Source: a virus. Taken from it: DNA of 64,000 nucleotides. Positions 37,399-46,740 of the stretch are shown here, in pieces (position 1 is the stretch's first letter; every line of letters starts with the position of its first letter). The DNA lies in the IMG/VR virus record IMGVR_UViG_3300022821_000015, positions 13,973-77,972 of that record; one strand, 5' to 3'. Below the pieces are notes generated by a model, which was not told the DNA's origin, searched no databases, and saw nothing but the letters and a program-made list of their open reading frames with translations. The translations under genes were made by a program, and so were the position numbers.

Positions 37399-37632
37399 TT
37401 ACTTACTGGTTACTGGTTTTTTCAACCATCCGTAACCATCGATCTTCGGTGGGGGTAGTTCCGTTACAGTATGCTGTTCGACTTCCGACATTTTTTGACG
37501 CATTTCTTCAGCTGCTACTTTACGTGCATTCAATGAACGGGGGGTTGTATCCGTGAATGATGCTGGTAGTTGTCCATTAACCGTTGGTTCACCGATCCCA
37601 GCCAGTTTTCTCATATAATCCAAATCATTCAT
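37399..37632 (-). CDS. Hypothetical protein
   Basis: MNDLDYMRKLAGI N-terminus. Confidence 0.55.
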   Translation of the reverse strand: MNDLDYMRKLAGIGEPTVNGQLPASFTDTTPRSLNARKVAAEEMRQKMSEVEQHTVTELPPPKIDGYGWLKKPVTSK

Positions 37633-39564
37633 TTATTTTAATCCTGCAATCTTTTTCATATATTCCATGTCGTCGTCCGCTTCGTCACTTTCGTTAAAGC
37701 GTTCAGGTTTATCGTGGGCGAAATAGTCTTCGTCACTCATAAAGAAATCACTATCTGGGTCATAGTATTTTCCTGCTTGCTTGTCATAATAAACAAACTT
37801 GCCTGACTTCAATCGGAATGGACCTTCAAGACCTTCTGCGTCACGATTTTTATAGCGTTCTTTCTCGTGGTCAGTAAGTTCTGGGAATACAGTATAGCCT
37901 TCTTCGACATCCATATCTTCATCACCTGTTTCTACGTCAGCTTCTGGATCATTTTCCCAAGCCTGAACCATATCAGAAAGATTTGTTCCAGCGTCCATCA
38001 TGACATCGATAGCTTTGTCTCGTGCTTCTTCATCTGCACTCATTACATAATCTTCTAGTGCATCAAACTCATTGTCACGTAGTAGCTCACCCGTGTGCAT
38101 GATAAAATCATAATGTGCGTGTGTGTTACCAATATCGTAACCGAACTGCATTAGTTCGTCGGCAGCATTTTCGGTTTCTGATGAAATATCATCGTCGTTG
38201 CCGCCCAGTTCGTCAACCCAGTTTTCAAATACACCAAGTTCACTTTCCGTTACAGTAGGTTGATTGTATCCAACCGAACCATTATTCCATAGCATAAACA
38301 TATGCTTCGCCATGCCTTCGTCAACACGGTTTTCAAGGTCCAATGCTTCATTGAACTCATCCGTGCGTGATAATACGTTTTCATTAAAGAACTCAAGGAC
38401 GGTCTTTTGTGTTTCTTTTACTGCTGTTTTTTTAGCATCCTCTGATTCAAACTGCATCATTTGCATTTCTTCAATCATTTCGGATACCTGTGCACGTAGG
38501 CTTTCGTCAATATCTGGATTACCGTCTAGTGTTAGGCTTTCCATACGCAATACGTTTTGCGCTCTTTCTTCGATTTTCTTTTCGTTTTCAGCAACATCCA
38601 TTTCTTGTTTTTCTGCGATTGCACGATTAAGATATGGAAGAACATCATCAAACTCTTCATTGTATATTTTCTTTGTAAGTGTGTCACGAAGACTTTCGAA
38701 TGTGTCTTCTTCGTCTAGCTGTGAACTTACTGCAAAACTTTCGGCGAATGTTGAATACCCTTTTTGCTTCTGGAGAGATTCTAGTGTATTCTTTACTTTT
38801 TTGTAACGGCATTTAGATGCTTCAAGAACTTCGGCTGCGCCTTCCATCATATTTGATGTGTCACGAGCTTTGCGATTAAACTTACTAAGCGCCTTCATTT
38901 CGTCGTGCATTTCAACGATTGCTTCCGCAATATCATCATTGATTGCTCCTTCATTTGCTACATGTCGTGCCATTGCACGGGCGGTAGGCATATGATTACG
39001 AGGCACCAAGAAACGTTCACCAGCAGCATTCTCAATATAAATGCTTTTGATATTTCTTGAACGTGAACCTTGAACTTCTTCATCAATCGGTCTATTATGA
39101 CGAACGATTAATCGTGTATTTGCTTGTTCTGTATAAGAACTGCGTCTTGAACCGTACATTTTACTCTCCATTCTTGCATCTTTATGATCATAGGTGCTGT
39201 TGTTACGTTTTAAATCAAAATCGTTCTTATCAAATCGAGCCTTGGTGTATGGCTCAACAGTCCAGTTCATCATTCTTGTATTAGCAAAGTCGCGCATTTC
39301 GTCTACAAAGCTATAGAATTTTTTACGTTCATCGCCTCGCATACCATCAGTAATATTATCACTATATAGCATTTCAAGAACTTCTGGATCAAACATATTA
39401 AATGTGATGATTTTGGTATTAGTGGTTGTTCCGTAGTTTACTTCAAAGATTACAGCTTCATCGATAGTATCAGTAACATTACCTTCACTATCCATCATAT
39501 GTAGGTCTGCAAACTTACTCAGCTTATAATAAAGTTCGTCGGCGATTGTTTCTCTGTTTTTCAT
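37633..39564 (-). CDS. Large acidic probable head/virion protein
   Basis: 643 aa; late promoter near 39588-39595; ends MEYMKKIAGLK. Confidence 0.65.
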   Translation of the reverse strand: MKNRETIADELYYKLSKFADLHMMDSEGNVTDTIDEAVIFEVNYGTTTNTKIITFNMFDPEVLEMLYSDNITDGMRGDERKKFYSFVDEMRDFANTRMMNWTVEPYTKARFDKNDFDLKRNNSTYDHKDARMESKMYGSRRSSYTEQANTRLIVRHNRPIDEEVQGSRSRNIKSIYIENAAGERFLVPRNHMPTARAMARHVANEGAINDDIAEAIVEMHDEMKALSKFNRKARDTSNMMEGAAEVLEASKCRYKKVKNTLESLQKQKGYSTFAESFAVSSQLDEEDTFESLRDTLTKKIYNEEFDDVLPYLNRAIAEKQEMDVAENEKKIEERAQNVLRMESLTLDGNPDIDESLRAQVSEMIEEMQMMQFESEDAKKTAVKETQKTVLEFFNENVLSRTDEFNEALDLENRVDEGMAKHMFMLWNNGSVGYNQPTVTESELGVFENWVDELGGNDDDISSETENAADELMQFGYDIGNTHAHYDFIMHTGELLRDNEFDALEDYVMSADEEARDKAIDVMMDAGTNLSDMVQAWENDPEADVETGDEDMDVEEGYTVFPELTDHEKERYKNRDAEGLEGPFRLKSGKFVYYDKQAGKYYDPDSDFFMSDEDYFAHDKPERFNESDEADDDMEYMKKIAGLK

Positions 39565-39616
39565 AGCGCACCTTTTCTATTAATGGTATTTATCACTGAC
39601 AGATTATTAAGTCAGC

Positions 39617-40717
39617 TTATCTCCAGCCACTCATTCCAGATATAGATGAGAAAAACGGCAATGGTGCCACCATTTGCTCATTATGGTCCCGCATATGCTT
39701 TTCTAACGTGGGATTATAGTCTTTTAATACCGTTGCCATACGCACTACAAGCAATGAAGCCATTACCAAGTCGTCGTTTTCACCTTCCTTTGATGAATAT
39801 GACCGTCCCTTTGCAACAAACGTTTTCATTTCAGATATAAGTGGTTTGCTATAAACAATCATTCGTTCTGATTCAATCATTACTTTAAACTTAGCGCAAG
39901 CCGCAATCTTAGAGTTCTCAGTCGTGTTAAATCCTTTGCGGAACTTCCTAACATTACCAAGTTTCTTCGGTTCTGACAGGAATATACCATCGATATTTTC
40001 CTCACCAAGTTCGGCAATATTGATTAATGCAGCTTCTCCGATTGAGTTATTTTCAACAGAATAATATACATCATTTTTTGTCCCTGTAACATCGGTTAGG
40101 TGGGCACAAATAGATTTCATTACTCTCACTTGTGTTGGAATATCGGACTTATTATGCATCCATTCACCGCATTGAATCATTTCAGGTAGTTCATATATTT
40201 GGATGGCTGCGTTGTCGCCGCCTGTTCCCATAGCGGGGTCCAATCCAACAAGATATACATGACCTTTTGATGGTTCTTTATACCATCGCACCTGACCATC
40301 CACTCTTACTGGCGTAACACCTTCCATATCAACTAGCTTCAACCCGCTAATCAAAGTTTCTTCGTGAATAATAAACTCACAGTTTGATGCCAATACTGTA
40401 TTAGCATAATATCGGTGGCCATCTTCGACTTCTACCAAATCAAACACAGCCCGAACACCAATATATTCTCGTGCAATAAGTGCAAGATGTCCCTCTGAAC
40501 TTAATACCACATCTCCTATATCAAAATCCTTTGCCTCTTTATAGTCAATCAAGTTTTGATATAATTTATGATCTTCTGTGCATTCCAATATTACACCTTG
40601 TTCAAAAGTCAGCTTCCATACTGCCTTATCTCCCATAAAAGATACTCCGGAAAAATCCTTATAGCCATCCGGCGTCAATACTTTATAGTTTTTTATGTTT
40701 GGAGCTAAATCACCCAT
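39617..40717 (-). CDS. terL: Terminase large subunit C-terminal (nuclease) half preceded by a 112-aa split-intein C-part
   Basis: CTEDH, VFDLVEVEDGHRYYANTVLASN|CEF, then GLDPAMG, VENNSIG and NDDLVMA. Confidence 0.92.
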   Translation of the reverse strand: MGDLAPNIKNYKVLTPDGYKDFSGVSFMGDKAVWKLTFEQGVILECTEDHKLYQNLIDYKEAKDFDIGDVVLSSEGHLALIAREYIGVRAVFDLVEVEDGHRYYANTVLASNCEFIIHEETLISGLKLVDMEGVTPVRVDGQVRWYKEPSKGHVYLVGLDPAMGTGGDNAAIQIYELPEMIQCGEWMHNKSDIPTQVRVMKSICAHLTDVTGTKNDVYYSVENNSIGEAALINIAELGEENIDGIFLSEPKKLGNVRKFRKGFNTTENSKIAACAKFKVMIESERMIVYSKPLISEMKTFVAKGRSYSSKEGENDDLVMASLLVVRMATVLKDYNPTLEKHMRDHNEQMVAPLPFFSSISGMSGWR

Positions 40718-41730
40718 TTTTCAAAATCATCCTTCGTTTTTAGTATTTGATAATTGGTTTTAGTCGTGAAGAGCCATACCTCATACGAATATCCTTGTTT
40801 TATAACTGCTTCCCTTTTACGAAGATTATTTACTATTCTACCATCATAACCATCACGGCCATTGGCATTCCACCACCACATTGATTTAACTTCAATGATA
40901 CGATTTTCATCTGGAATAAAAATATCTGGATAATATTTCTTTACTCGGTTTTTTTCATATGAATTATATTGAAAGACTTCTATTACATATTCTTCATAAT
41001 CGTTATGTACACTAATAGAATCTTCTGTATATGTTTCTAGTAAAGCATCGATCACCATATTTTCATAGCCTCGAATACCAATAATTTTACCGCTCGGGAG
41101 TTCATAATCTTTTACCGAAGAGTTACCTTTTCCAGACTTTTTTGAAATGTTTGGAAGTAAAAAGGTATTACCCACACCGAACTTTTCAATGTTTGTCTTG
41201 CGACGTTTTTCATTTATTTCATTCTGTTCGTCAGAAGATTTGGCCCCATTGGTCGCCGCCGATGCTTTCCAGTTAGAATAGTATTCATTGCCATATCTAT
41301 CCAGTTTGGTCTTCTTGGCCTTATCCTTAAATTCGTCGCTTTGTGTCGCCCATTCTGTGCCATATTTTGCACGGAAGGTTTCTCTGGATTTTTCCACTTG
41401 TTCTTGGATTTGCTCGGGTGTTCTCTTTGATGCAGCATTGGATTTGTTCTCAGAATCCGAGTGTCGTTGCTCATCTGTCCAGTTTTGTTTGGTTTCCGAC
41501 ACACTTTTTCCAACACATTTTGGTGCGCCACAACTATTAGCATATGTATGTGTATGTTGATAAAATGTTAAAGATAATCCACATCTACATTTTGGAGAAA
41601 TACCCGTGATGTATTCTTCATAATAGGACTGATATGTATAACTATGTTGTTTAAGATGTTTCGTGAATTGCCCATTTGATTTACAATATTTTTCATTGTC
41701 AATTTTTGATGTTTCGTATGTAGCACTCAT
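40705..41730 (-). mobile_element. Free-standing homing endonuclease between the terL halves
   Basis: Zinc motif, KYG/RYG/KFG repeats, RGYE...KYYPDIFIPDENRIIEVKS (PD-(D/E)XK). Confidence 0.85.
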
Positions 41731-41736
41731 TTATAT

Positions 41737-41774
41737 TCTCCTTGAAATCGTTTCATACTTATTTATCAAGGAAA
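41737..41774 (-). promoter_or_regulatory. RBS-sequestering hairpin with a late promoter
   Basis: 9-bp stem UUUCCUUGA / UCAAGGAGA; GATAAATA at the 5' arm/loop boundary, overlapping the terL-N stop. Confidence 0.65.
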
Positions 41775-42685
41775 TCATCATCTCTAAATTTTTTATACAG
41801 TGTTCCTATATCAACAATACTAGTGGCACCATTTTCATCTTGAATAGTTATCAAAGAAGAGTGTACCACGCAACAGTGTTCCCGCCTGAATTTTTCAGTA
41901 CCAATAGCCTGTTCTTCGTCGTCTGCCCATTTTTGGTCACGGTCTGGATGTTCGTGCCAGAATGATCTGAATGCTTTAAATCCATTCGTTCCAATACCCG
42001 TATCATTTCCAAAATCATCTACAGTTTTGTTTGCCATTTTCCATTCTAGGGCAAACTGATCTTCATCGGAGTTTGGCGTTGATGTGATAATACATTTACC
42101 ACCTGTTGCTAACGTAGGACGCATTGAAGTCCAGAATTCACTGGCGATTGTATTACGAACGAATGCAAATTCGTCTAGATATAATAACGTGATTGACATA
42201 CCACGACCCGTGTTTTCTGTCGTAGCTTGTGCCACCAATCTTGAACCGTTATCAAACTCCAATGAGTTTTTGTTATATGTAGTTGCGCCGCATCTAATGA
42301 AATCGGGACATAGTTCGTAAGCGTATCGCACACGTTGCATAATCTCAGCTGCACCTGATTGTTTATGTGCTGCTACAAGAATAATACTATCAGGCTTGAA
42401 CATAGCAAACCATAATAGGTATCCCGCTGCTGTTGTCGATTTTCCCGTCTGTCGTGGCATAAGCGCAATGGCAAAACGATTGTGGTGATATGTATCCACC
42501 AGTCTTTCTTGAAACTCGAACGGTGAATATTTAAGTTGACCCTTGGTAGGGTGCTGAATATAGAAATAATTTTCCAGAAAATATTTATGACCAGTTATCG
42601 GATCAGCACATTTTGCAAACTCTATCATTTGCTCACGTGTATATACCATTTTCATATTTGGTTTTTTAACTAGTTCTTCTGACAT
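41759..42685 (-). CDS. terL: Terminase large subunit N-terminal (ATPase) half ending in a 37-aa split-intein N-part
   Basis: PRQTGKST, LYLDEFAF, TSTPN and FRREHC|CVVHSSLITIQD... stop. Confidence 0.92.
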   Translation of the reverse strand: MSEELVKKPNMKMVYTREQMIEFAKCADPITGHKYFLENYFYIQHPTKGQLKYSPFEFQERLVDTYHHNRFAIALMPRQTGKSTTAAGYLLWFAMFKPDSIILVAAHKQSGAAEIMQRVRYAYELCPDFIRCGATTYNKNSLEFDNGSRLVAQATTENTGRGMSITLLYLDEFAFVRNTIASEFWTSMRPTLATGGKCIITSTPNSDEDQFALEWKMANKTVDDFGNDTGIGTNGFKAFRSFWHEHPDRDQKWADDEEQAIGTEKFRREHCCVVHSSLITIQDENGATSIVDIGTLYKKFRDDDFLDK

Positions 42686-42694
42686 TTTATCTCC

Positions 42695-42946
42695 CTATCT
42701 AGGCTGAAACCAATCAACCCGTTGTATTTTTTCTGCACCATATTTAGTAGTGTGGGCGAGTAAAATTTCAGAAATAACGGCGTCGATGTTGATGTGCCAA
42801 TAATTGAGAAATTGGTGTGTTCGTGGGTATTGTGGCTGACAGTCTTCATATTGCCAGACAAACTCTTGGATTAACGAAGTGTAATCCGGCACATAATAAT
42901 ATATTTGCAAGGTGGTTAATCGGTTATTGGTGTATTCAACCGTCAT
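42695..42946 (-). CDS. Usg-like protein
   Basis: LTT.IYY.PD...LIQEFVWQ..D..P.YP..H.FL.YW matches the Usg family pattern. Confidence 0.7.
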   Translation of the reverse strand: MTVEYTNNRLTTLQIYYYVPDYTSLIQEFVWQYEDCQPQYPRTHQFLNYWHINIDAVISEILLAHTTKYGAEKIQRVDWFQPR

Positions 42947-43032
42947 ATGATATTTATCTTTTATATTGACTTTAAGTTATATTATGATATAATAGCAGAC
43001 GGGGCATAAATACCCTTAATAGGAGAAAGAAA

Positions 43033-43578
43033 ATGACCGATTGTTTGGTCCTTAACGCATCATATGAGCCAATGTCAGTAATACCACTGAGCGCAATTTC
43101 GTGGCAACGTGTAATGAAACTGCTCGTCCTAGATCGTGTCAAAACAATAGCACACTATGACGATTGGGTTGTGCACAGTCAAAAGCTTGCATTCCCTGTA
43201 CCAGCGTTGGTTATCACTACTGAATACTTTGATTTCAAGAAGGCTGTTAGATACAGCAAGGATAATATTTTCTTGCGTGATCTATATCAGTGTCAGTATT
43301 GCAGTGATACTTTTGAAAAAGGCGAACTAACGATTGACCACGTGCGTCCTCGTGCGTTGGGTGGGAAAACATCGTGGGAAAACTGTGCCACTGCATGTAA
43401 GATGTGTAATGAACAGAAGGCTGACCGTATGGAAATGCATCCTATTCGTGAACCTTATAAACCTGATCCACATCAGATGATGTTCGCTATGCGTGATAAG
43501 CCACTGATGATTAAGCATCCTAGTTGGGCTAAGTATCTTGAACCATACCGAAAGGTGGTTTATAAAAAAGCTGTTTAA
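43033..43578 (+). CDS. HNH endonuclease (McrA-like)
   Basis: LVLNASYEP, RDLYQCQYC, TIDHVRP..GG..WEN...C..CN..K; TTGACT-16-TATAAT at 42966-42993. Confidence 0.9.
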   Translation: MTDCLVLNASYEPMSVIPLSAISWQRVMKLLVLDRVKTIAHYDDWVVHSQKLAFPVPALVITTEYFDFKKAVRYSKDNIFLRDLYQCQYCSDTFEKGELTIDHVRPRALGGKTSWENCATACKMCNEQKADRMEMHPIREPYKPDPHQMMFAMRDKPLMIKHPSWAKYLEPYRKVVYKKAV

Positions 43579-43580
43579 AG

Positions 43581-43614
43581 AAAAAACCCCAGACTTCAAA
43601 ATCTGGGGTTTTTT
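43581..43614. terminator. Bidirectional intrinsic terminator
   Basis: aaaaaaccccaga...tctggggtttttt between convergent genes. Confidence 0.8.
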
Positions 43615-43638
43615 ATTGATTATATTTTTTTAGTAACG

Positions 43639-45600
43639 TTATTTATGATTAACAGTTGCTTTCATTTGATTTAGAATAGCATGGTAATGTGATTCTTCAA
43701 TTTTAGCACCTTGTGCGAAAAAATCGGCCATTGCCTGTGCATCAGAAAAGAACTCTTGTCCTTGCTGACCATCAATATTCATAAACCAGCCATCGGCTCC
43801 TCGATCAAAATCACCAGTAGAAATTACGTTATCTCTAAATGTAACAGTTGTAATACGGCTTCCGTCAGATGAAGGTCCAGAACTAACTACATACTGGCCA
43901 TTAGTGGCAAGAATCTTTTGTTCATGAGATTCGTTAGTTTCTTCTTTAGATTTTTGATCTCTTAACTTTTTAGAATGATCGCGTGCATACTGGCGTTTTT
44001 GCGCATCCATTCCGTCAGGGTCTTCTTCGAATGCCTCGTCTACTTCTTCTTTATCATCATCGGAATCGTCTTTTTTGTCAGATTTCTTACCGAAGAACTC
44101 TTTTTGCTTATCGGTCATTTCTGCTTCTTCAAGCTTATCTTCCTCTTCCTCTTCTGAATTTTTGGTTCTATAGGAATCGGAATCATCTTTCTTGGTCCAT
44201 TGTTTGCGGGACCATGCTTCTTTTGCCTTATCGGTCATTTCTGCTTCGTCAAGTTCAACTTCTTCAATCGTTGTTTCTTGTTCTTCAATAGCTTCCGCTT
44301 CAAGAGTATCGATAGCTTCCATTAATTTTTTAATATCGCTCATAGTGTATGTATCCTTATAGTTTTTTAGTTTATTGCGCAAAGAGTTTGCACGTTCTAC
44401 AACTTTAACTGCGTGTGGTGCACCAGCTCGCTTAGACTTCTTCATATTTGGTCCGCCGCTAGGCATATTACTATATTCGCTTGATGTTTCTTCGTCTGGC
44501 TCATTATCCCAAACTTTTTCATCTTCGGGTAGTCTTTCCATTCCAGCAAGTTGAAGAAGATCGTTCATATTGAAATCATCTTCTAGTTCTTCTGGACTAT
44601 CCATTTCTCCATCCATTTCAGCTGAATCATTATCCCATGTGTTGGCAACAGCCATATCATCGTCTGCTGACATTGGACCCAAATCATCTAATGGTTCAAT
44701 CTCCATACCAGCATCATCAGCACCCATTTCGGCATCAAATCCACCTTCATAATCACCGCCAATTTCTGGTTCCATGCCCATTTCTGGTTCCATGCCCATT
44801 TCTGGTTCCATGCCCATTTCTGGTTCCATGTCCATTTCTGGTTCTTGATCAAGTGCAGCCATATCATCAACACCGATAGTATCTCCGCCCATTGGTGGAA
44901 GATCGCCGGGAACTCCACCTATAGGTTCCATTCCCATATCATCGCCACCCATTGGATCACCCATTGGATCGCCCATCATATCATCTACTGGCTGGTCAAA
45001 ACTAACGCTTTTTGTCTGTGCAATACCAGCAAGGTGCAGTAGTTGCGACAATGATTCTGCATCAGTTGACGACAAATCCGTAATAGATAGATTAATCTGA
45101 GCTTCTTCATAAAGTTTGCTGTTTTTTCTTTTCATCTTTGCTGACTCTGGAATCTGTTCTGCCCATTTACGTGATTGTTCTGGGTATTGCTTATAATATT
45201 TGCTCAATAGTTGGTTGATAGCAGTCTTGATTTTCGTGCTTGGTAGCTGCTGAACGATTTCAGCATCGCTATACTTGCCAGTTTTTTCTAGCTCACGATA
45301 TGACTGTCTACGAGTTTCCTGTGCTTTCTTATACTTCTGAATCAACTCCACAAGTTCTGGTGGCATCTTACTACTGTTTTCGGAAACTTTTTCGCCCGAT
45401 TTGCCCGAACCCTTACGTTCGTCTGCAAAATAGGATTCGTTAGTTTTATTACCAGTGTTATCACCGCATTCACAAGGGCAGTTACCGTCGCCGCATTTGC
45501 CGCCACATTTACCGCCGCACTTACATTCAGGTCCACATTCACAGCCTTCGCCTTCAGTTTCTAGAAGTGCAATCTTCTTATATACGTCATTAAAGTTCAT
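43639..45600 (-). CDS. Large acidic low-complexity protein (probable internal head/scaffold-type) with Cys-rich N-terminus
   Basis: 653 aa; nine Cys in residues 20-45; EPEMGM repeats; repeated (L/V/T)xE-(A/S) sites. Confidence 0.65.
   Translation of the reverse strand: MNFNDVYKKIALLETEGEGCECGPECKCGGKCGGKCGDGNCPCECGDNTGNKTNESYFADERKGSGKSGEKVSENSSKMPPELVELIQKYKKAQETRRQSYRELEKTGKYSDAEIVQQLPSTKIKTAINQLLSKYYKQYPEQSRKWAEQIPESAKMKRKNSKLYEEAQINLSITDLSSTDAESLSQLLHLAGIAQTKSVSFDQPVDDMMGDPMGDPMGGDDMGMEPIGGVPGDLPPMGGDTIGVDDMAALDQEPEMDMEPEMGMEPEMGMEPEMGMEPEIGGDYEGGFDAEMGADDAGMEIEPLDDLGPMSADDDMAVANTWDNDSAEMDGEMDSPEELEDDFNMNDLLQLAGMERLPEDEKVWDNEPDEETSSEYSNMPSGGPNMKKSKRAGAPHAVKVVERANSLRNKLKNYKDTYTMSDIKKLMEAIDTLEAEAIEEQETTIEEVELDEAEMTDKAKEAWSRKQWTKKDDSDSYRTKNSEEEEEDKLEEAEMTDKQKEFFGKKSDKKDDSDDDKEEVDEAFEEDPDGMDAQKRQYARDHSKKLRDQKSKEETNESHEQKILATNGQYVVSSGPSSDGSRITTVTFRDNVISTGDFDRGADGWFMNIDGQQGQEFFSDAQAMADFFAQGAKIEESHYHAILNQMKATVNHK
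44762..44844. repeat. 18-bp coding tandem repeat (~4.6 copies)
   Basis: atttctggttccatgccc units encoding MEPEMG. Confidence 0.9.
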
Positions 45601-46178
45601 TATTTTTTCCCCGAGTTGTATTCGCCACGATCACTCATAACTGCTTTTGTATTTATAGGATCATCGTTAGTTGTTTTTGCTGCTGGTGTTTTACCTGCAT
45701 CGAATTCATACTGACGGGTTTCAAGCTCTTTCAACATATTACCATTATATGCATCACCATATTCAATCTCATATGCATCTTGTTCATATTCTGAATCCAA
45801 TAATGGCACATAAGGCTCTTCACCTTTGGAAATTTTTTCTTCACGTGAAATTTCTTCTGGATGAGATGAATTAATCACAACAACCTGCTTACCCGTAAGC
45901 CCTGATTGTTCTTGAATGTAATGGTAAAGTTCATTTGAAGTTACTGGGTAATCAAAAGATACTTCTGAAATATATACATCACTATTTGTGATATTATAAA
46001 AGTCCATCGGGTGTTCCTGAATTGGGGTTTGTTTGAAATTTGACATGCTTTTCAAGCCATACTTCTCAAACATTGTCTCAAAATGGTCCATATCCGGCGC
46101 TTCATCAAGCCCAGCTAATTTTACACAGAAGTTATATTCTTTAACACTTTCTGTTAAATAGTTCTTAAAGGTTTTCAT
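45600..46178 (-). CDS. Probable head-associated protein
   Basis: Starts MKTFKNYLTES, like T4 capsid-targeting leaders; late promoter near 46201. Confidence 0.6.
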   Translation of the reverse strand: MKTFKNYLTESVKEYNFCVKLAGLDEAPDMDHFETMFEKYGLKSMSNFKQTPIQEHPMDFYNITNSDVYISEVSFDYPVTSNELYHYIQEQSGLTGKQVVVINSSHPEEISREEKISKGEEPYVPLLDSEYEQDAYEIEYGDAYNGNMLKELETRQYEFDAGKTPAAKTTNDDPINTKAVMSDRGEYNSGKK

Positions 46179-46206
46179 TTAACGATATCCTCACTTATTG
46201 TATTTA

Positions 46207-46740
46207 TCATTGTTCGTCTTTTTTATTAGCTAACAACTCACGCAGAAACTCATTACGATCTACTACTTCACCGCTTGACTTAATAGTATCATCATCGATA
46301 CCAGCATCACGGTCTTGTTTTTGCTTTTTAAGCTGTAAATCAAGCATTTTTAGCTTCTTATCAATCTTACTATTCTTTGCAGAAATAGAATGACCTAGCA
46401 TAGATGCCGCAATCTCAAAAATACGCCCCGATGAACGTGTATCTACATTCATTCCAAGGTTTATTAGATCGTCATATGCCTCTTCTGCTTTTTTTGCCAA
46501 ACTATCCATTTCTCTGGCGTGTTCATCAAGACCATCTACTGGCGGTAATGCTGCATCAATATGGTCGGCATTGCCCGATGCTTTTTGGTATTCTTCAATG
46601 TCGTGTTTTGCTTTTTCCGTATCAACTTCTACGTATTCTTCGATATCATCATCGGCTTCGGCAGGGGCAAGGTTCAAAATATCTTCTAACTGTTTCATAT
46701 TATATTTATTTACGTTTTTTTCCGTTAAGAAATAAATCAT
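46207..46740 (-). CDS. Possible terminase small subunit-like protein
   Basis: Helical DLINLGMNV...RIFEIAASML segment; neighbourhood of gp4 and terL; true start probably MKQLED. Confidence 0.4.
   Translation of the reverse strand: MIYFLTEKNVNKYNMKQLEDILNLAPAEADDDIEEYVEVDTEKAKHDIEEYQKASGNADHIDAALPPVDGLDEHAREMDSLAKKAEEAYDDLINLGMNVDTRSSGRIFEIAASMLGHSISAKNSKIDKKLKMLDLQLKKQKQDRDAGIDDDTIKSSGEVVDRNEFLRELLANKKDEQ

Noticed and set aside
43033-43578. HNH nuclease as the homing enzyme for the terL intein
   Set aside because: It is a divergently transcribed common McrA-like HNH, and the cassette already contains its own endonuclease.
44688-44918. Alternative-frame repeat ORFs (WNQKWA and FLVPCP repeats)
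   Set aside because: They are by-products of the 18-bp tandem repeat inside the 653-aa gene.
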